A program made the translations under genes and the position numbers. From a virus (lineage: Duplodnaviria; Heunggongvirae; Uroviricota; Caudoviricetes), in the IMG/VR virus record IMGVR_UViG_2648501299_000008: a DNA stretch of 43,241 nt. The stretch is one strand, 5' to 3'. The notes beneath the pieces were generated by a model. The model was not told the origin of the DNA and searched no databases. It saw only the letters and a program-made list of their open reading frames with translations. Shown piece by piece: positions 9,144 through 17,866 of this stretch (its first letter is position 1; every line of letters begins with the position of its first letter).

Positions 9144-11072
9144 TCAGTAATTCATGGCCGTTGTTATTCTGCCATTATTTTCCGCATTATAGGTTTTTCG
9201 CTCACCCTTATCATTAACCATTGTGATTTCGAGCTTAAGTGGTTGTTCTGACATTGCCTCTTTAAGAGACTTAGCCAGATTGTCGCCGAGTACACTTTCA
9301 TCACTTTTCTTACCCGTATCACTCAGAATGATGGATTCCCGATTTCTGTTCTGCGAGCCTGAGAGAATATCAGTTTCATCACTCGGGTTACTAAGAGTGC
9401 TGGAGTCACGATTTCCAGTTTGCGAACCTGAGATAATGTCATACCGCTGCTGGGCCAGCACATCCGGATTTCTCTTCCCTGACCACCGATCATCAGTAAT
9501 GGCGGTCTGGATGGCGTTTAGCAGTTGTTCCTCAGTATAAGGTTGTGCGCCATTCTCATGTTTAATCATGGCTGCCATTATCGTTTTTAATGTTTCCGGA
9601 TCGTGCAGATTTACTTGCTCTTTGGCTCCATATCCAGTGGCTTTTGAGACGGAGTCAATATATGCACGAGTATTATTCTCTGATTGCGGAGCATAGGTAT
9701 GAATAATCCCATCCAGAGTATTATTCCCCCTGTCACCATACAACATCAGCTGTCTCGCCATTGCAGTTCTTCCGTCGGCATCATTCGCAAAGGTAGAAAA
9801 TCCGCCATTTTTACCCGTTGCGTTTGCTGCAACTCTCAAATTACCGGGATTATTATTTCTGAAGCCAATTGCGTTATTCCTTGTTTCCCCGTAAGGAACA
9901 TTGCCGCGTGCAACGTTGGATTGTGGCTGGCTGATAGCGGATAAGTCATTCTGCAATTGAATCGCAGAATCGGTCGCGCGGTAATTCGCATCGTACCGCT
10001 TTCTTACAGCATCAGTCATGAAACCCGCGTCAACCTGCCCACGTTCACTGCGGGGTAAGCTGTTATAAAGTTCCTTATCGTTCTGAATGCGCCGTAGTTT
10101 CTCAGCATCATTGCTGTTGATAAAACCGAGAGCATGAGACAGCCCAGTAAAATCACCATTAGTGAACAGATCGGTAACACCTTCAAGGCCGTCTTTGACT
10201 GAACCATCCGAAAGAATGGTCTTAAGTGCCTTGTTTTTTGAACGTTGCCACAGACCATCCCAGGATGCGCTGAGCTCATTCATAGTGCCGTTCACTTCAC
10301 TCAATTGCTGATTTAGTGCCGGATCCACAGTCAGACCAAATTCATCCGATTTCGCCAGCAGCTTTTTCATGCGCTCACCGTCACGCATTAGCGCCAGCAA
10401 TTCGGGCGTCAGCCCAAGTGCATCAGCGGCGGACTTCTGCTGTTCAGGTCGCAAGGTTGGAAAAATTTTTGCGATAGACTCCAGTGTTTTAAGGGTATTT
10501 ACTGAACCATCGCTGTTTTTTTGGATTTGAGCACCAATTTGCGCCATCGCTGCCATAACCCCCTCGTTTTTACCACTGGCAGCCTCATTGAATGCTTTGA
10601 AAATACCTTCTATTGATGCATTAGCGCTCTCGCTGTCTGCCCCAAGAATACGCATTGCCCCGGAAAGTCGGGTAAAATCGTCAACGCGCATTCCCGCATT
10701 TTTTGCCGAGACATCAAGATTATAGGCCTGACGGGATGCCTCCCGAAATCCATAAGCGACCTGTTTCAGTCCGTAGCCGGCAGCACCGGCTAACCCCAGC
10801 GCCCCCATCTTCCCCGTGAGCTCCCCCACCATTTTCAGAGGGGGAACCATGTCGCCAATAAACTGCACGTTATCCCGCGCGCTCTTCGACATATTCTCGA
10901 GGCGAGAAATAAAACCGCTCAGTCCGTCGGCTGTTTCCTGACCGCCTAACTTGAGCCCTTCTTTAGTTTTATCTAGCTTCGGCTCCAGGTCACGGACAGC
11001 CTCATTAATGCGGTCTATAGCCTCGCTAACCTGGTCGCTGGCCACCAGCTCAAAATCAAAAGAATTACTCAT
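9144..11072 (-). CDS. tail tape measure protein
   Basis: 642 aa, Ala/Gly/Leu-rich helical N-terminal half. Sits downstream of the frameshifted chaperone and upstream of the baseplate genes. Confidence 0.8.
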   Translation of the reverse strand: MSNSFDFELVASDQVSEAIDRINEAVRDLEPKLDKTKEGLKLGGQETADGLSGFISRLENMSKSARDNVQFIGDMVPPLKMVGELTGKMGALGLAGAAGYGLKQVAYGFREASRQAYNLDVSAKNAGMRVDDFTRLSGAMRILGADSESANASIEGIFKAFNEAASGKNEGVMAAMAQIGAQIQKNSDGSVNTLKTLESIAKIFPTLRPEQQKSAADALGLTPELLALMRDGERMKKLLAKSDEFGLTVDPALNQQLSEVNGTMNELSASWDGLWQRSKNKALKTILSDGSVKDGLEGVTDLFTNGDFTGLSHALGFINSNDAEKLRRIQNDKELYNSLPRSERGQVDAGFMTDAVRKRYDANYRATDSAIQLQNDLSAISQPQSNVARGNVPYGETRNNAIGFRNNNPGNLRVAANATGKNGGFSTFANDADGRTAMARQLMLYGDRGNNTLDGIIHTYAPQSENNTRAYIDSVSKATGYGAKEQVNLHDPETLKTIMAAMIKHENGAQPYTEEQLLNAIQTAITDDRWSGKRNPDVLAQQRYDIISGSQTGNRDSSTLSNPSDETDILSGSQNRNRESIILSDTGKKSDESVLGDNLAKSLKEAMSEQPLKLEITMVNDKGERKTYNAENNGRITTAMNY

Positions 11073-11235
11073 CGTCTTCAGGTTTCCTAAGCTTGTTTAT
11101 CCGGGATGCCTGCGCCACCCACCATTTCAGCCGGGCGCGGGTCATTCCCCACGCCCTGTCCTCAGACCAGCGGAAATAGAAGGTGACGTCAGCGGCCATT
11201 TCCTGCCAGGTTGTCAGGGCTTCCAGGTCAAAAAA
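11065..11235 (-). other. -1 programmed frameshift extension of the tail assembly chaperone (slippery heptamer at 11229-11235)
   Basis: Minus-strand T-TTT-TTG in X-XXY-YYZ register. The -1 frame then stays open for 55 codons and stops at TAA (11065-11067) overlapping the tape measure ATG. Predicted fusion product about 142 aa. Confidence 0.55.
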
Positions 11236-11492
11236 CTGAGCAGATACTCCTCACACTTACGGAAGTCGAGAAAATCCATCGGCTGCAGTACGCTTTCACG
11301 CGTACCGGAAACCAGCGCAATAAGCAGGCGCATCGCCGCGAGCGACGTTGACGCAGCCTGTTTCTCGTAAAACTGCTCAGCCTGGCTTAGCGTGGGTGCT
11401 TTCAGCTCCAGCTGCGTATAAGTGGTCTTCTCCGCAGCATCATCCAGCGCTACGGTTAATGGAATGGTTTTAACGCGTTCAATCTCAGCCAT
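11214..11492 (-). CDS. tail assembly chaperone (short, in-frame product)
   Basis: 92 aa between the tube gene and the tape measure gene. Ends ...LSFLTWKP with a slippery TTTTTTG 18 nt before the stop. Confidence 0.7.
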   Translation of the reverse strand: MAEIERVKTIPLTVALDDAAEKTTYTQLELKAPTLSQAEQFYEKQAASTSLAAMRLLIALVSGTRESVLQPMDFLDFRKCEEYLLSFLTWKP

Positions 11493-11493
11493 C

Positions 11494-11865
11494 TTAGTTC
11501 TCCGTTACGTCGCGGCCTTCCCAGCGAACATCAAATACTGCATCTTCGCTTTCCACTTCCTGGACGTTGACCGTCCAGAGTGAACGGCCAATGATAGTTT
11601 TCCCGTTAGCCAGCTCGGCGATCACGTTGACGTTCGTCTGCTGGTTAAAGCCCTGCACATTCGTTCCGCCACTGTCACGCAGTCGGGCAGAAATGTATGG
11701 CGCCACAGGTTTTTCCTTATATCCGTGCACACCATCCATCCCTGTCAGGGTGGTACGGTTTACGGTGGCAGCCTGGTATTTAAACGAGCCCTCCACCATT
11801 ACCGTCACACCGTTAACAGTGACATAGGCGGTTCCCGCCAGGCGGTTAGTAGTATCACCTGCCAT
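11494..11865 (-). CDS. tail tube protein
   Basis: 123 aa directly downstream of the sheath gene; contractile-tail tube position. Confidence 0.75.
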   Translation of the reverse strand: MAGDTTNRLAGTAYVTVNGVTVMVEGSFKYQAATVNRTTLTGMDGVHGYKEKPVAPYISARLRDSGGTNVQGFNQQTNVNVIAELANGKTIIGRSLWTVNVQEVESEDAVFDVRWEGRDVTEN

Positions 11866-11868
11866 CGT

Positions 11869-13371
11869 TTAAGCTCCTGTTGATTCAGCCCGAGTGCGGA
11901 ACTGATTGAGCAGCGCGAAAATGCGCAACTGGTTCATGAGGGTTCCCGGCCACAGCACATCGACGCGGTTCGGATTTTTGGCGTTCTGCTCGACGATGAT
12001 ATTTTTTGCGAATGCCTCCGCATCCTGCGCATAACCGTTCCATACCAGAGTCTGGTACTCGGCAATCTGATCGGCCTTGATAATGTTTGGCGTGACGATC
12101 GCCGCGCCAGGTGCAAATCGGGTTCCATCCGCAGCAAGCTTCATACGGCCAAACTTGCTGGTCACCGCTGTGCGCAGGTAGCGGGTCACAAACATCAGGC
12201 TGAACAGCGTCTCCACTTCCAGATAACTGTCATCTGCATCGCCATAGCTGTTTTTCTGGTAGGTGGTGATCAGGTTTTCAATGCGCACCGTGCCATCGTC
12301 ATCGACCGTAAATGTCGAAATGCCGCTGTACAGCAGATTGTTACGCTCGGTCAGCTCAAAGCGATCCTGCAGTTCTGGCGCAAGCACCCCCTGAACAGCG
12401 AGCGACTGTAGCGGGCGGCCGGGGTCATTACGCAGACTCACCGCAGCTGCGCCGGTGTAAGCTGCAGACCATGCCCAGGAAGGGGACGGCGATTTATTTA
12501 CGCCCAGCAGGGTCTCATGCTGGTTATTGCGCAGCTCACCTTTGGTACCGAGCTGGGCGTAAGTCCCGGTGGTGGTACCAAAGGAATGGCCATAAAGCTG
12601 CTTGTCCCATGCCCAGCGACCGCCAGTGTCTGACAGGAACTCCTTCATCACATTCAACGAGGTTGTATCGTCGTAAGGGTTGATGATGAAATCGAATGTC
12701 CGATCCTGCAGGTTTGCCAGCTCGCCGGTAATATCCGGAGCCCCGACTCCGTTAGACATAGCAGTAATCGTCAGTTCCAGGCCTGCAGGTGTGGACTCGC
12801 CTCCAGGTAAGCCGAGGAAGTTCAGGCGAATGTCGATCCCATTACCCGTAGCACCAAGATTCTTCGCGGTCAGGGTTACGGTATCCGTAGTCGCACTTGC
12901 GGTTACAGGTAGCGTGGTTTTTGCGTTAATCGCCGCGGCCAGAGAGGTGGCGATCGCTGCCACCGTATCTGTTGCTACAACGGTCAACTGAATGCGCTCA
13001 CCAGCAATATAAAGGGAGATCACTCCGGTTGCCGTCGGTGCGCTGCTCACTTTAATGGTGCCGGTTGCAGCCACCATGGAATCGGAGTCTTCCTCCAGCG
13101 GCAGGATCCAGACTTCGGCTGCGGTATCATTTTTCTGATACGCCGCCATCATGGCCTGCAGAATTCCCCCTTTTCCTGTCAGCTCACCGACGGTATCCGA
13201 AGAGGAAACTCGCTGCGGAATACCAGGGGGGGTTGAGCCGGTACTGAGCATCCCACCGATAAGCAGGGTGCGCTGCGTGGCAGTGGCGTTATTCGCCATT
13301 GAGTTATCAAACTCAACGAAGAAAAGCCCTACCCGCAGGTTATCGGGAACACGAGCGAAAGGTACGGTCAT
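11869..13371 (-). CDS. tail sheath protein
   Basis: 500 aa; size and position typical of a myovirus sheath protein. Confidence 0.8.
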   Translation of the reverse strand: MTVPFARVPDNLRVGLFFVEFDNSMANNATATQRTLLIGGMLSTGSTPPGIPQRVSSSDTVGELTGKGGILQAMMAAYQKNDTAAEVWILPLEEDSDSMVAATGTIKVSSAPTATGVISLYIAGERIQLTVVATDTVAAIATSLAAAINAKTTLPVTASATTDTVTLTAKNLGATGNGIDIRLNFLGLPGGESTPAGLELTITAMSNGVGAPDITGELANLQDRTFDFIINPYDDTTSLNVMKEFLSDTGGRWAWDKQLYGHSFGTTTGTYAQLGTKGELRNNQHETLLGVNKSPSPSWAWSAAYTGAAAVSLRNDPGRPLQSLAVQGVLAPELQDRFELTERNNLLYSGISTFTVDDDGTVRIENLITTYQKNSYGDADDSYLEVETLFSLMFVTRYLRTAVTSKFGRMKLAADGTRFAPGAAIVTPNIIKADQIAEYQTLVWNGYAQDAEAFAKNIIVEQNAKNPNRVDVLWPGTLMNQLRIFALLNQFRTRAESTGA

Positions 13372-13565
13372 TCATTTTCTCCCGCTTTTTTAGGTAATGA
13401 TTGTTTCTCTGGCGCGCCCTCATCCTTTTTAGAGAGGATCACGTCCCCATCGCTCAGACGGCGACGCCAGAAAATATTGTCAGGTACTTCAGCACCCTCT
13501 TTAGGCAATGGGATGCCCTTGACGGGGCAGCGAACGCTGAGCCCGTTGTTCGGCTTAACAAACAT
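13368..13565 (-). CDS. small phage protein (DUF2635-like) preceding the sheath gene
   Basis: 65 aa, start/stop coupled to the sheath gene. Family named from memory. Confidence 0.45.
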   Translation of the reverse strand: MFVKPNNGLSVRCPVKGIPLPKEGAEVPDNIFWRRRLSDGDVILSKKDEGAPEKQSLPKKAGENE

Positions 13566-13568
13566 GGA

Positions 13569-14114
13569 TTACTCCTGAAGATTGAGGCTGATACCCGGTT
13601 TAACTGTGCCGTCTGGCATATCGACCGCAATATCCATGCCCTCAAGGGGAACCGACTGGACAGGATAAAAATCTTCCGGCCCCTGGTAATGCTCTATGTC
13701 GATCTCGAAAAGAAGCTGCCCCATATGGGCCTCTCCTTCTGAATCAACATTGATGGTTGAACGAACTTCCGCGTATTTCTGAATATTCCGCGTCAGTTCG
13801 TAGCTGTTGATCACCGCGCGCTCCACCTGCTCGCGAAGGCTTTCAAGCGCCAGCTCTGCCCGCATGGCTCCATCATCCACTGTATCGCCGTCATACTCCT
13901 GAACGCGCCCAGTGATCCTGACAGTGGTGAGGGTGGTAAAAGCAGGGGTATTACGCCCCTGTGATTTTTTCTGTTCAAAAGGCGTCTGAACCAACAACAC
14001 AGGATACATATCTGGTGAAGTTGACCAGTCGCGTGGAGAGAATACGCGGTCGCCCGCGCTGGTTGTCCCGGTTAGTGCAGTGACAACCATTTGCCGTATC
14101 GCTTCTGAATTCAT
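13569..14114 (-). CDS. neck/tail completion protein (putative)
   Basis: 181 aa between head and tail modules; assignment by synteny only. Confidence 0.45.
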   Translation of the reverse strand: MNSEAIRQMVVTALTGTTSAGDRVFSPRDWSTSPDMYPVLLVQTPFEQKKSQGRNTPAFTTLTTVRITGRVQEYDGDTVDDGAMRAELALESLREQVERAVINSYELTRNIQKYAEVRSTINVDSEGEAHMGQLLFEIDIEHYQGPEDFYPVQSVPLEGMDIAVDMPDGTVKPGISLNLQE

Positions 14115-14470
14115 CGCGGTTTTACCACATTGAGGACAAGACGAGATCCGCCATGACTGTCGGGTTCGACGTTTGACACAACAAATAACTGATTGATGAT
14201 GTGACCACCGACCGTCTTTATAAATACCCGGTCAGATACAGCAGGTTGCGATTTACCCAGCTTGCGAAATTCAGCATCGCGCACACCCAACATCGGGCTG
14301 GAGGTGTTAATTTCTGAATCGCCATCAAGGTTTTCAGCAACCTGCGCATAACCACGGTCAAAAATCCCGTTAATTGTAAAAGGAGTACCGTTACGTGGAC
14401 GGTACTCGTGCTCATCGCCAAAGACATCATGCAGCGGACTCAGAAGATGAGAATCCCAGTCCACGCCCAT
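14111..14470 (-). CDS. head-tail adaptor / head completion protein (putative)
   Basis: 119 aa from the ATG at 14468-14470; the longer tool ORF overlaps the upstream gene. Confidence 0.4.
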   Translation of the reverse strand: MGVDWDSHLLSPLHDVFGDEHEYRPRNGTPFTINGIFDRGYAQVAENLDGDSEINTSSPMLGVRDAEFRKLGKSQPAVSDRVFIKTVGGHIINQLFVVSNVEPDSHGGSRLVLNVVKPR

Positions 14471-14474
14471 GTCA

Positions 14475-14855
14475 TTACCCTGTCGTAACTGAAACTGATG
14501 GCTGAGAAGCAAGAACTCGCTTACGAAGCACATCAACATCAGCAATAACGCCGGACTGCAGAAGACGCTCAGCATCTTTGCCGGTTACAGGGATGTGCAT
14601 ATTTTCGCGGTACATCTCCCCGTCATGACGAATGCAATTCCCTTTCAACACCACATACTCCTGCGATTCAGTGTCTCCGGATTTTTCGTCACCACCATCG
14701 TCATCAACAGACAATTCGGCATCATCTGTTTTGCTCAAAGGCTGTTTTTCCTGGGTGTTATCGCCAGCATTCAGGTTGTCAACGCTCAGGCCGTCTTTGG
14801 CAGATCCTTCTGCATTCAGATCATCAGCCAGCCCGGTATTAGGTTGTTTTGCCAT
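14475..14855 (-). CDS. acidic head-associated protein (possibly FI-like packaging factor)
   Basis: 126 aa from the ATG at 14853-14855, which abuts the capsid gene stop. Strongly acidic. Confidence 0.4.
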   Translation of the reverse strand: MAKQPNTGLADDLNAEGSAKDGLSVDNLNAGDNTQEKQPLSKTDDAELSVDDDGGDEKSGDTESQEYVVLKGNCIRHDGEMYRENMHIPVTGKDAERLLQSGVIADVDVLRKRVLASQPSVSVTTG

Positions 14856-14856
14856 A

Positions 14857-15906
14857 TCAGACCACCGTTGCGCAGAGGGATGCATTTACCCGGCTCGGAA
14901 TAACCAGCGGGGAGGATTGCATCAGGATAAGACGCTGGGCTGGATCTTCTTTCACCCAGGATTTTGGCGCATAAGCCAGCGGACCGTAGTTGAAAGCCGG
15001 GTCCAGGATAACGCCAAAGGCGCGGGTACCCATCAGATCGGCACCACTCATAATGACAGCGCCATCGGGGATCATAGGCTTCTCGACGTTGTCCAGCGGG
15101 TCAATAAACCAGTCGTTATATAACCAGAGGTCAAAGTTACCCCAGCGCCCTTTATAAATTGCGCCCTTCATTACCTGTGGGCCGGCGTTAATCTGGTTAC
15201 CAAACGGGCTCAGCGCCGGGAATGTAATGGCGTTATCCTTGATGGTGGTATCCAGTCGGAATGCACGCCATGACTTATTCGTAAAGACCAGATCCGTGGC
15301 GACAGAGCCGGACTCTTTCAGGAAAGTAGTCTGCCAGATTTCAATGTCATCTGATGGCTGGGTATTGGTAGCGCCAGCTGCAACGGTCAGTGGCCATTTA
15401 TCCGAGCCGCTAAGAGTGATGGTCAGATCCGAAGCACGCCCGAAATCCACTACCTTAGTTTCATAGCCCTCCCCGGCGACGGTTACGGTCCCAGACACCA
15501 GCGCACTCGCCGCCATCCATTCCAGACGACGGTTGATCATGTCAATCTGGTCAGTCATTTCAAACTGAAGGTTCAGCATTTCGCGCTCGGCAGCGGTATA
15601 TTCCCCGCCAATACGCTCACCAATCTGGCGGCGGATAGGTTTGCGCAGGTCCGGAGCGCGCTTATCTTTGATGTATGCCGGTTTGAAGGTATTGGTCTGG
15701 TATTTACGGGATTCGACCAGCTTACCTTCCACCAGCGGGGAGACGAACGGCGCCATACGACGCAGGCCGACATCAACATCAATCGCCACTTCTTCAGTCT
15801 CGTAAGTCACGACATTCGGGAAGAAGCGATCGAGCAGCCAGTTCTGACTGGTTTTCAGGTTAGGAACAACCTGCACCAGCACGCTGGTATCAAAAATATT
15901 TTCCAT
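14857..15906 (-). CDS. major capsid protein, lambda gpE-like
   Basis: 349 aa from the ATG at 15904-15906 (MENIFDTSVLVQ...). Follows the decoration gene as in the lambda head cluster. Confidence 0.85.
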   Translation of the reverse strand: MENIFDTSVLVQVVPNLKTSQNWLLDRFFPNVVTYETEEVAIDVDVGLRRMAPFVSPLVEGKLVESRKYQTNTFKPAYIKDKRAPDLRKPIRRQIGERIGGEYTAAEREMLNLQFEMTDQIDMINRRLEWMAASALVSGTVTVAGEGYETKVVDFGRASDLTITLSGSDKWPLTVAAGATNTQPSDDIEIWQTTFLKESGSVATDLVFTNKSWRAFRLDTTIKDNAITFPALSPFGNQINAGPQVMKGAIYKGRWGNFDLWLYNDWFIDPLDNVEKPMIPDGAVIMSGADLMGTRAFGVILDPAFNYGPLAYAPKSWVKEDPAQRLILMQSSPLVIPSRVNASLCATVV

Positions 15907-16003
15907 ATTCAGTCTCTTGATAGTGCCAGCCGCAGCTGGCAAAAAATTTAAACGAGCCAGCCCCTGCCGGTTAAAGCATTCGTCAGGAGAGCCGTGGGGG
16001 AAA

Positions 16004-16408
16004 TCAGGAGGTGGTTACAGGTGCCTGGTCACTGTCTTTCAGGAAGATAGCCAGCGGTCGGAGCGCTTTTTTCAGGTCAGCGGTCGTCCAGGAGTTATCA
16101 AAAATAATTCGGTGCTGGTTGAATTCCCCCATCAGATACAGGCCGCCGTTCTGATCGGAAGACGATGCATCAACATCATCAACCAGAATAGCAACGGGTA
16201 ACTGACTGCCATCTTCAGCCGTTTTCACACATTGCGTGTATTTCCCGCTGGCAGCCACCAGGCCCAGGACAGTACCACGCTTAAAGGCACCGCCCGTAAT
16301 GATCCCGGTGTCAGTCACCAGCTGGAGCGTGCCAGCGACAAGCTGATCCGGAACAAACAGCGCGCTCTTCATGCCAGGCGCAAACGCATTCTGACCAAAC
16401 TGATCCAT
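16004..16408 (-). CDS. head decoration protein, lambda gpD-like
   Basis: 134 aa; size and position between scaffold and major capsid genes. Confidence 0.75.
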   Translation of the reverse strand: MDQFGQNAFAPGMKSALFVPDQLVAGTLQLVTDTGIITGGAFKRGTVLGLVAASGKYTQCVKTAEDGSQLPVAILVDDVDASSSDQNGGLYLMGEFNQHRIIFDNSWTTADLKKALRPLAIFLKDSDQAPVTTS

Positions 16409-16998
16409 TATTTCTCTCCTCTTGTGGAGTTGTAGAGGCCGGTCATTTTACTTACCAGCGCAGACTTTCCGGTCTCTTTCTGTCCGCTATCCGGATTAAG
16501 CCGGACCTGGTGGCTTTCCTGCATACGCTGATCGAGAGAGCGTTTACGGGATGGCTGAGATGCGGCTGCGGCCGGAGCCGAAGAGGCTAGGACATTAATT
16601 GCTGCCGCAGAACTCATCCCGGTATTGAAAGCCAGTGACGCGGCCAGTGAAGGATTCGCAGCTGCATGCTTACTGCCGAAAATACGGGCGCAGCGTTTAC
16701 GCTCAGCAGCGCGTGCATTTTTTACCGCCTTACTCTCTTTGCGATCGTCGTCGCCGTCGTCTTCAGAATCATCATCTTCTGACGCATCCGGATCATCGCC
16801 GTCATCTTCAGCATCATCGTCGCGTTCGTCTTCTTCCGCGTCGTCGTCGCGCTCATCATCATCGGCATCATCTTCGCGCTCGTCCTCTTCCGCGCGACGG
16901 GCTTTCGCTTTTTTGGCTTTTTTATCCTCTTCTTCCTCAGAAGCGGAAGGGCCAAGACCAATGAGGTGAGCAAAACTAAACGTCTTTTTCTTTGCCAT
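16408..16998 (-). CDS. scaffold-like protein with acidic repeat tract
   Basis: 196 aa from the ATG at 16996-16998. Contains reiterated EDERDDDA/EEDERDDD units encoded by tandem DNA repeats around 16740-16900. Sits between protease and decoration genes. Confidence 0.5.
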   Translation of the reverse strand: MAKKKTFSFAHLIGLGPSASEEEEDKKAKKAKARRAEEDEREDDADDDERDDDAEEDERDDDAEDDGDDPDASEDDDSEDDGDDDRKESKAVKNARAAERKRCARIFGSKHAAANPSLAASLAFNTGMSSAAAINVLASSAPAAAASQPSRKRSLDQRMQESHQVRLNPDSGQKETGKSALVSKMTGLYNSTRGEK

Positions 16999-16999
16999 T

Positions 17000-17866
17000 T
17001 CAGGCTCCTGTTTTTTCAAGTAAGTTTTTGAACGCAGCGTCAGGAGGACACACCTCATCAGCCAGTCCAATTTCAACGCCATCAGCAGCCATAAAACAGG
17101 CGGCCTGGGTACTTTTTATAACCTTTGCGCTAATCCCCCGGTTTCTGGCAACAGTGTTCACAAACAATTCGCCCATGGTGTTAATGTCCTGCTGGATGGC
17201 GGCCAGAGCTTCATCTGACAACTCTCTCAGCGGCGAACCTTCAGCCTTGCGGGATCCATAGGTGATGATCGTAACTTTAAGACCGTCATCTTTAATCCGC
17301 TGCGTCCAGTCAAGGTGCATGGTGATCACACCCACAGAACCCACTCCGCCGGTGCGCGGAACAGAAATCCGGTCCGCTGCACTGGCAATGGCATACGCAG
17401 CGGAATAAGCGCTTTCCGTCAGAATGGCATGGATAGGCTTTTTCCCCCGGGAGCCGTAAATGACATCAACCAGATCGAAGCATCCAGCGACCTCGCCGCC
17501 GGGTGAGTCGATATCCAGGCAAATGCCCGAAATGTCGGGATCTTCCATCGCAGTAAGAAACGCCTGACGAATGCCGTCATACCCTGTCATTCCACTGTAC
17601 GGACGCAGACTGCCCAGTTTTTGCACCAGCGTTCCGCATATCGGGATGACGGCGACACCCAGCACATTGTCATAACCCGGATCACTACGGGATTCACGTC
17701 CCCGGTTATCGTCATATCCGTACCAGTCATCCTCCATGGCAAGAGAAGATTCGATTTTACTGATACCAAATCGGTCCATTACGGATGCCATGATGACTTC
17801 GGCTTTACTCGGGTGCAGCGCCAGCGGGGTGTTAAATAATCGCTGGGCCAGATGGGGTAGATTCAC
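17000..17866 (-). CDS. head maturation protease, S49/ClpP-fold (lambda gpC-like)
   Basis: 288 aa, GTG start at 17864-17866 with GGAGG upstream, overlapping the portal stop. Position after the portal gene. Confidence 0.75.
   Translation of the reverse strand: MNLPHLAQRLFNTPLALHPSKAEVIMASVMDRFGISKIESSLAMEDDWYGYDDNRGRESRSDPGYDNVLGVAVIPICGTLVQKLGSLRPYSGMTGYDGIRQAFLTAMEDPDISGICLDIDSPGGEVAGCFDLVDVIYGSRGKKPIHAILTESAYSAAYAIASAADRISVPRTGGVGSVGVITMHLDWTQRIKDDGLKVTIITYGSRKAEGSPLRELSDEALAAIQQDINTMGELFVNTVARNRGISAKVIKSTQAACFMAADGVEIGLADEVCPPDAAFKNLLEKTGA

Noticed and set aside
15925-15950. Hairpin GCCAGC-tgcg-GCTGGC between the decoration and capsid genes as a terminator.
   Set aside because: No U-tract follows it on the coding (minus) strand transcript; more likely an mRNA stability or coupling element.
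16730-16900. Possible CRISPR array suggested by the tandem repeats here and by the iterons at 34030-34415.
   Set aside because: Repeats are short, directly tandem or irregular, and sit inside coding sequence; there is no repeat-spacer periodicity and no cas genes.
16625-16973. Overlapping plus- and minus-strand ORFs across the acidic repeat tract of the scaffold gene.
   Set aside because: Artefacts of the tandem repeats; low-complexity translations (Ser/Arg- or Lys/Met-rich).
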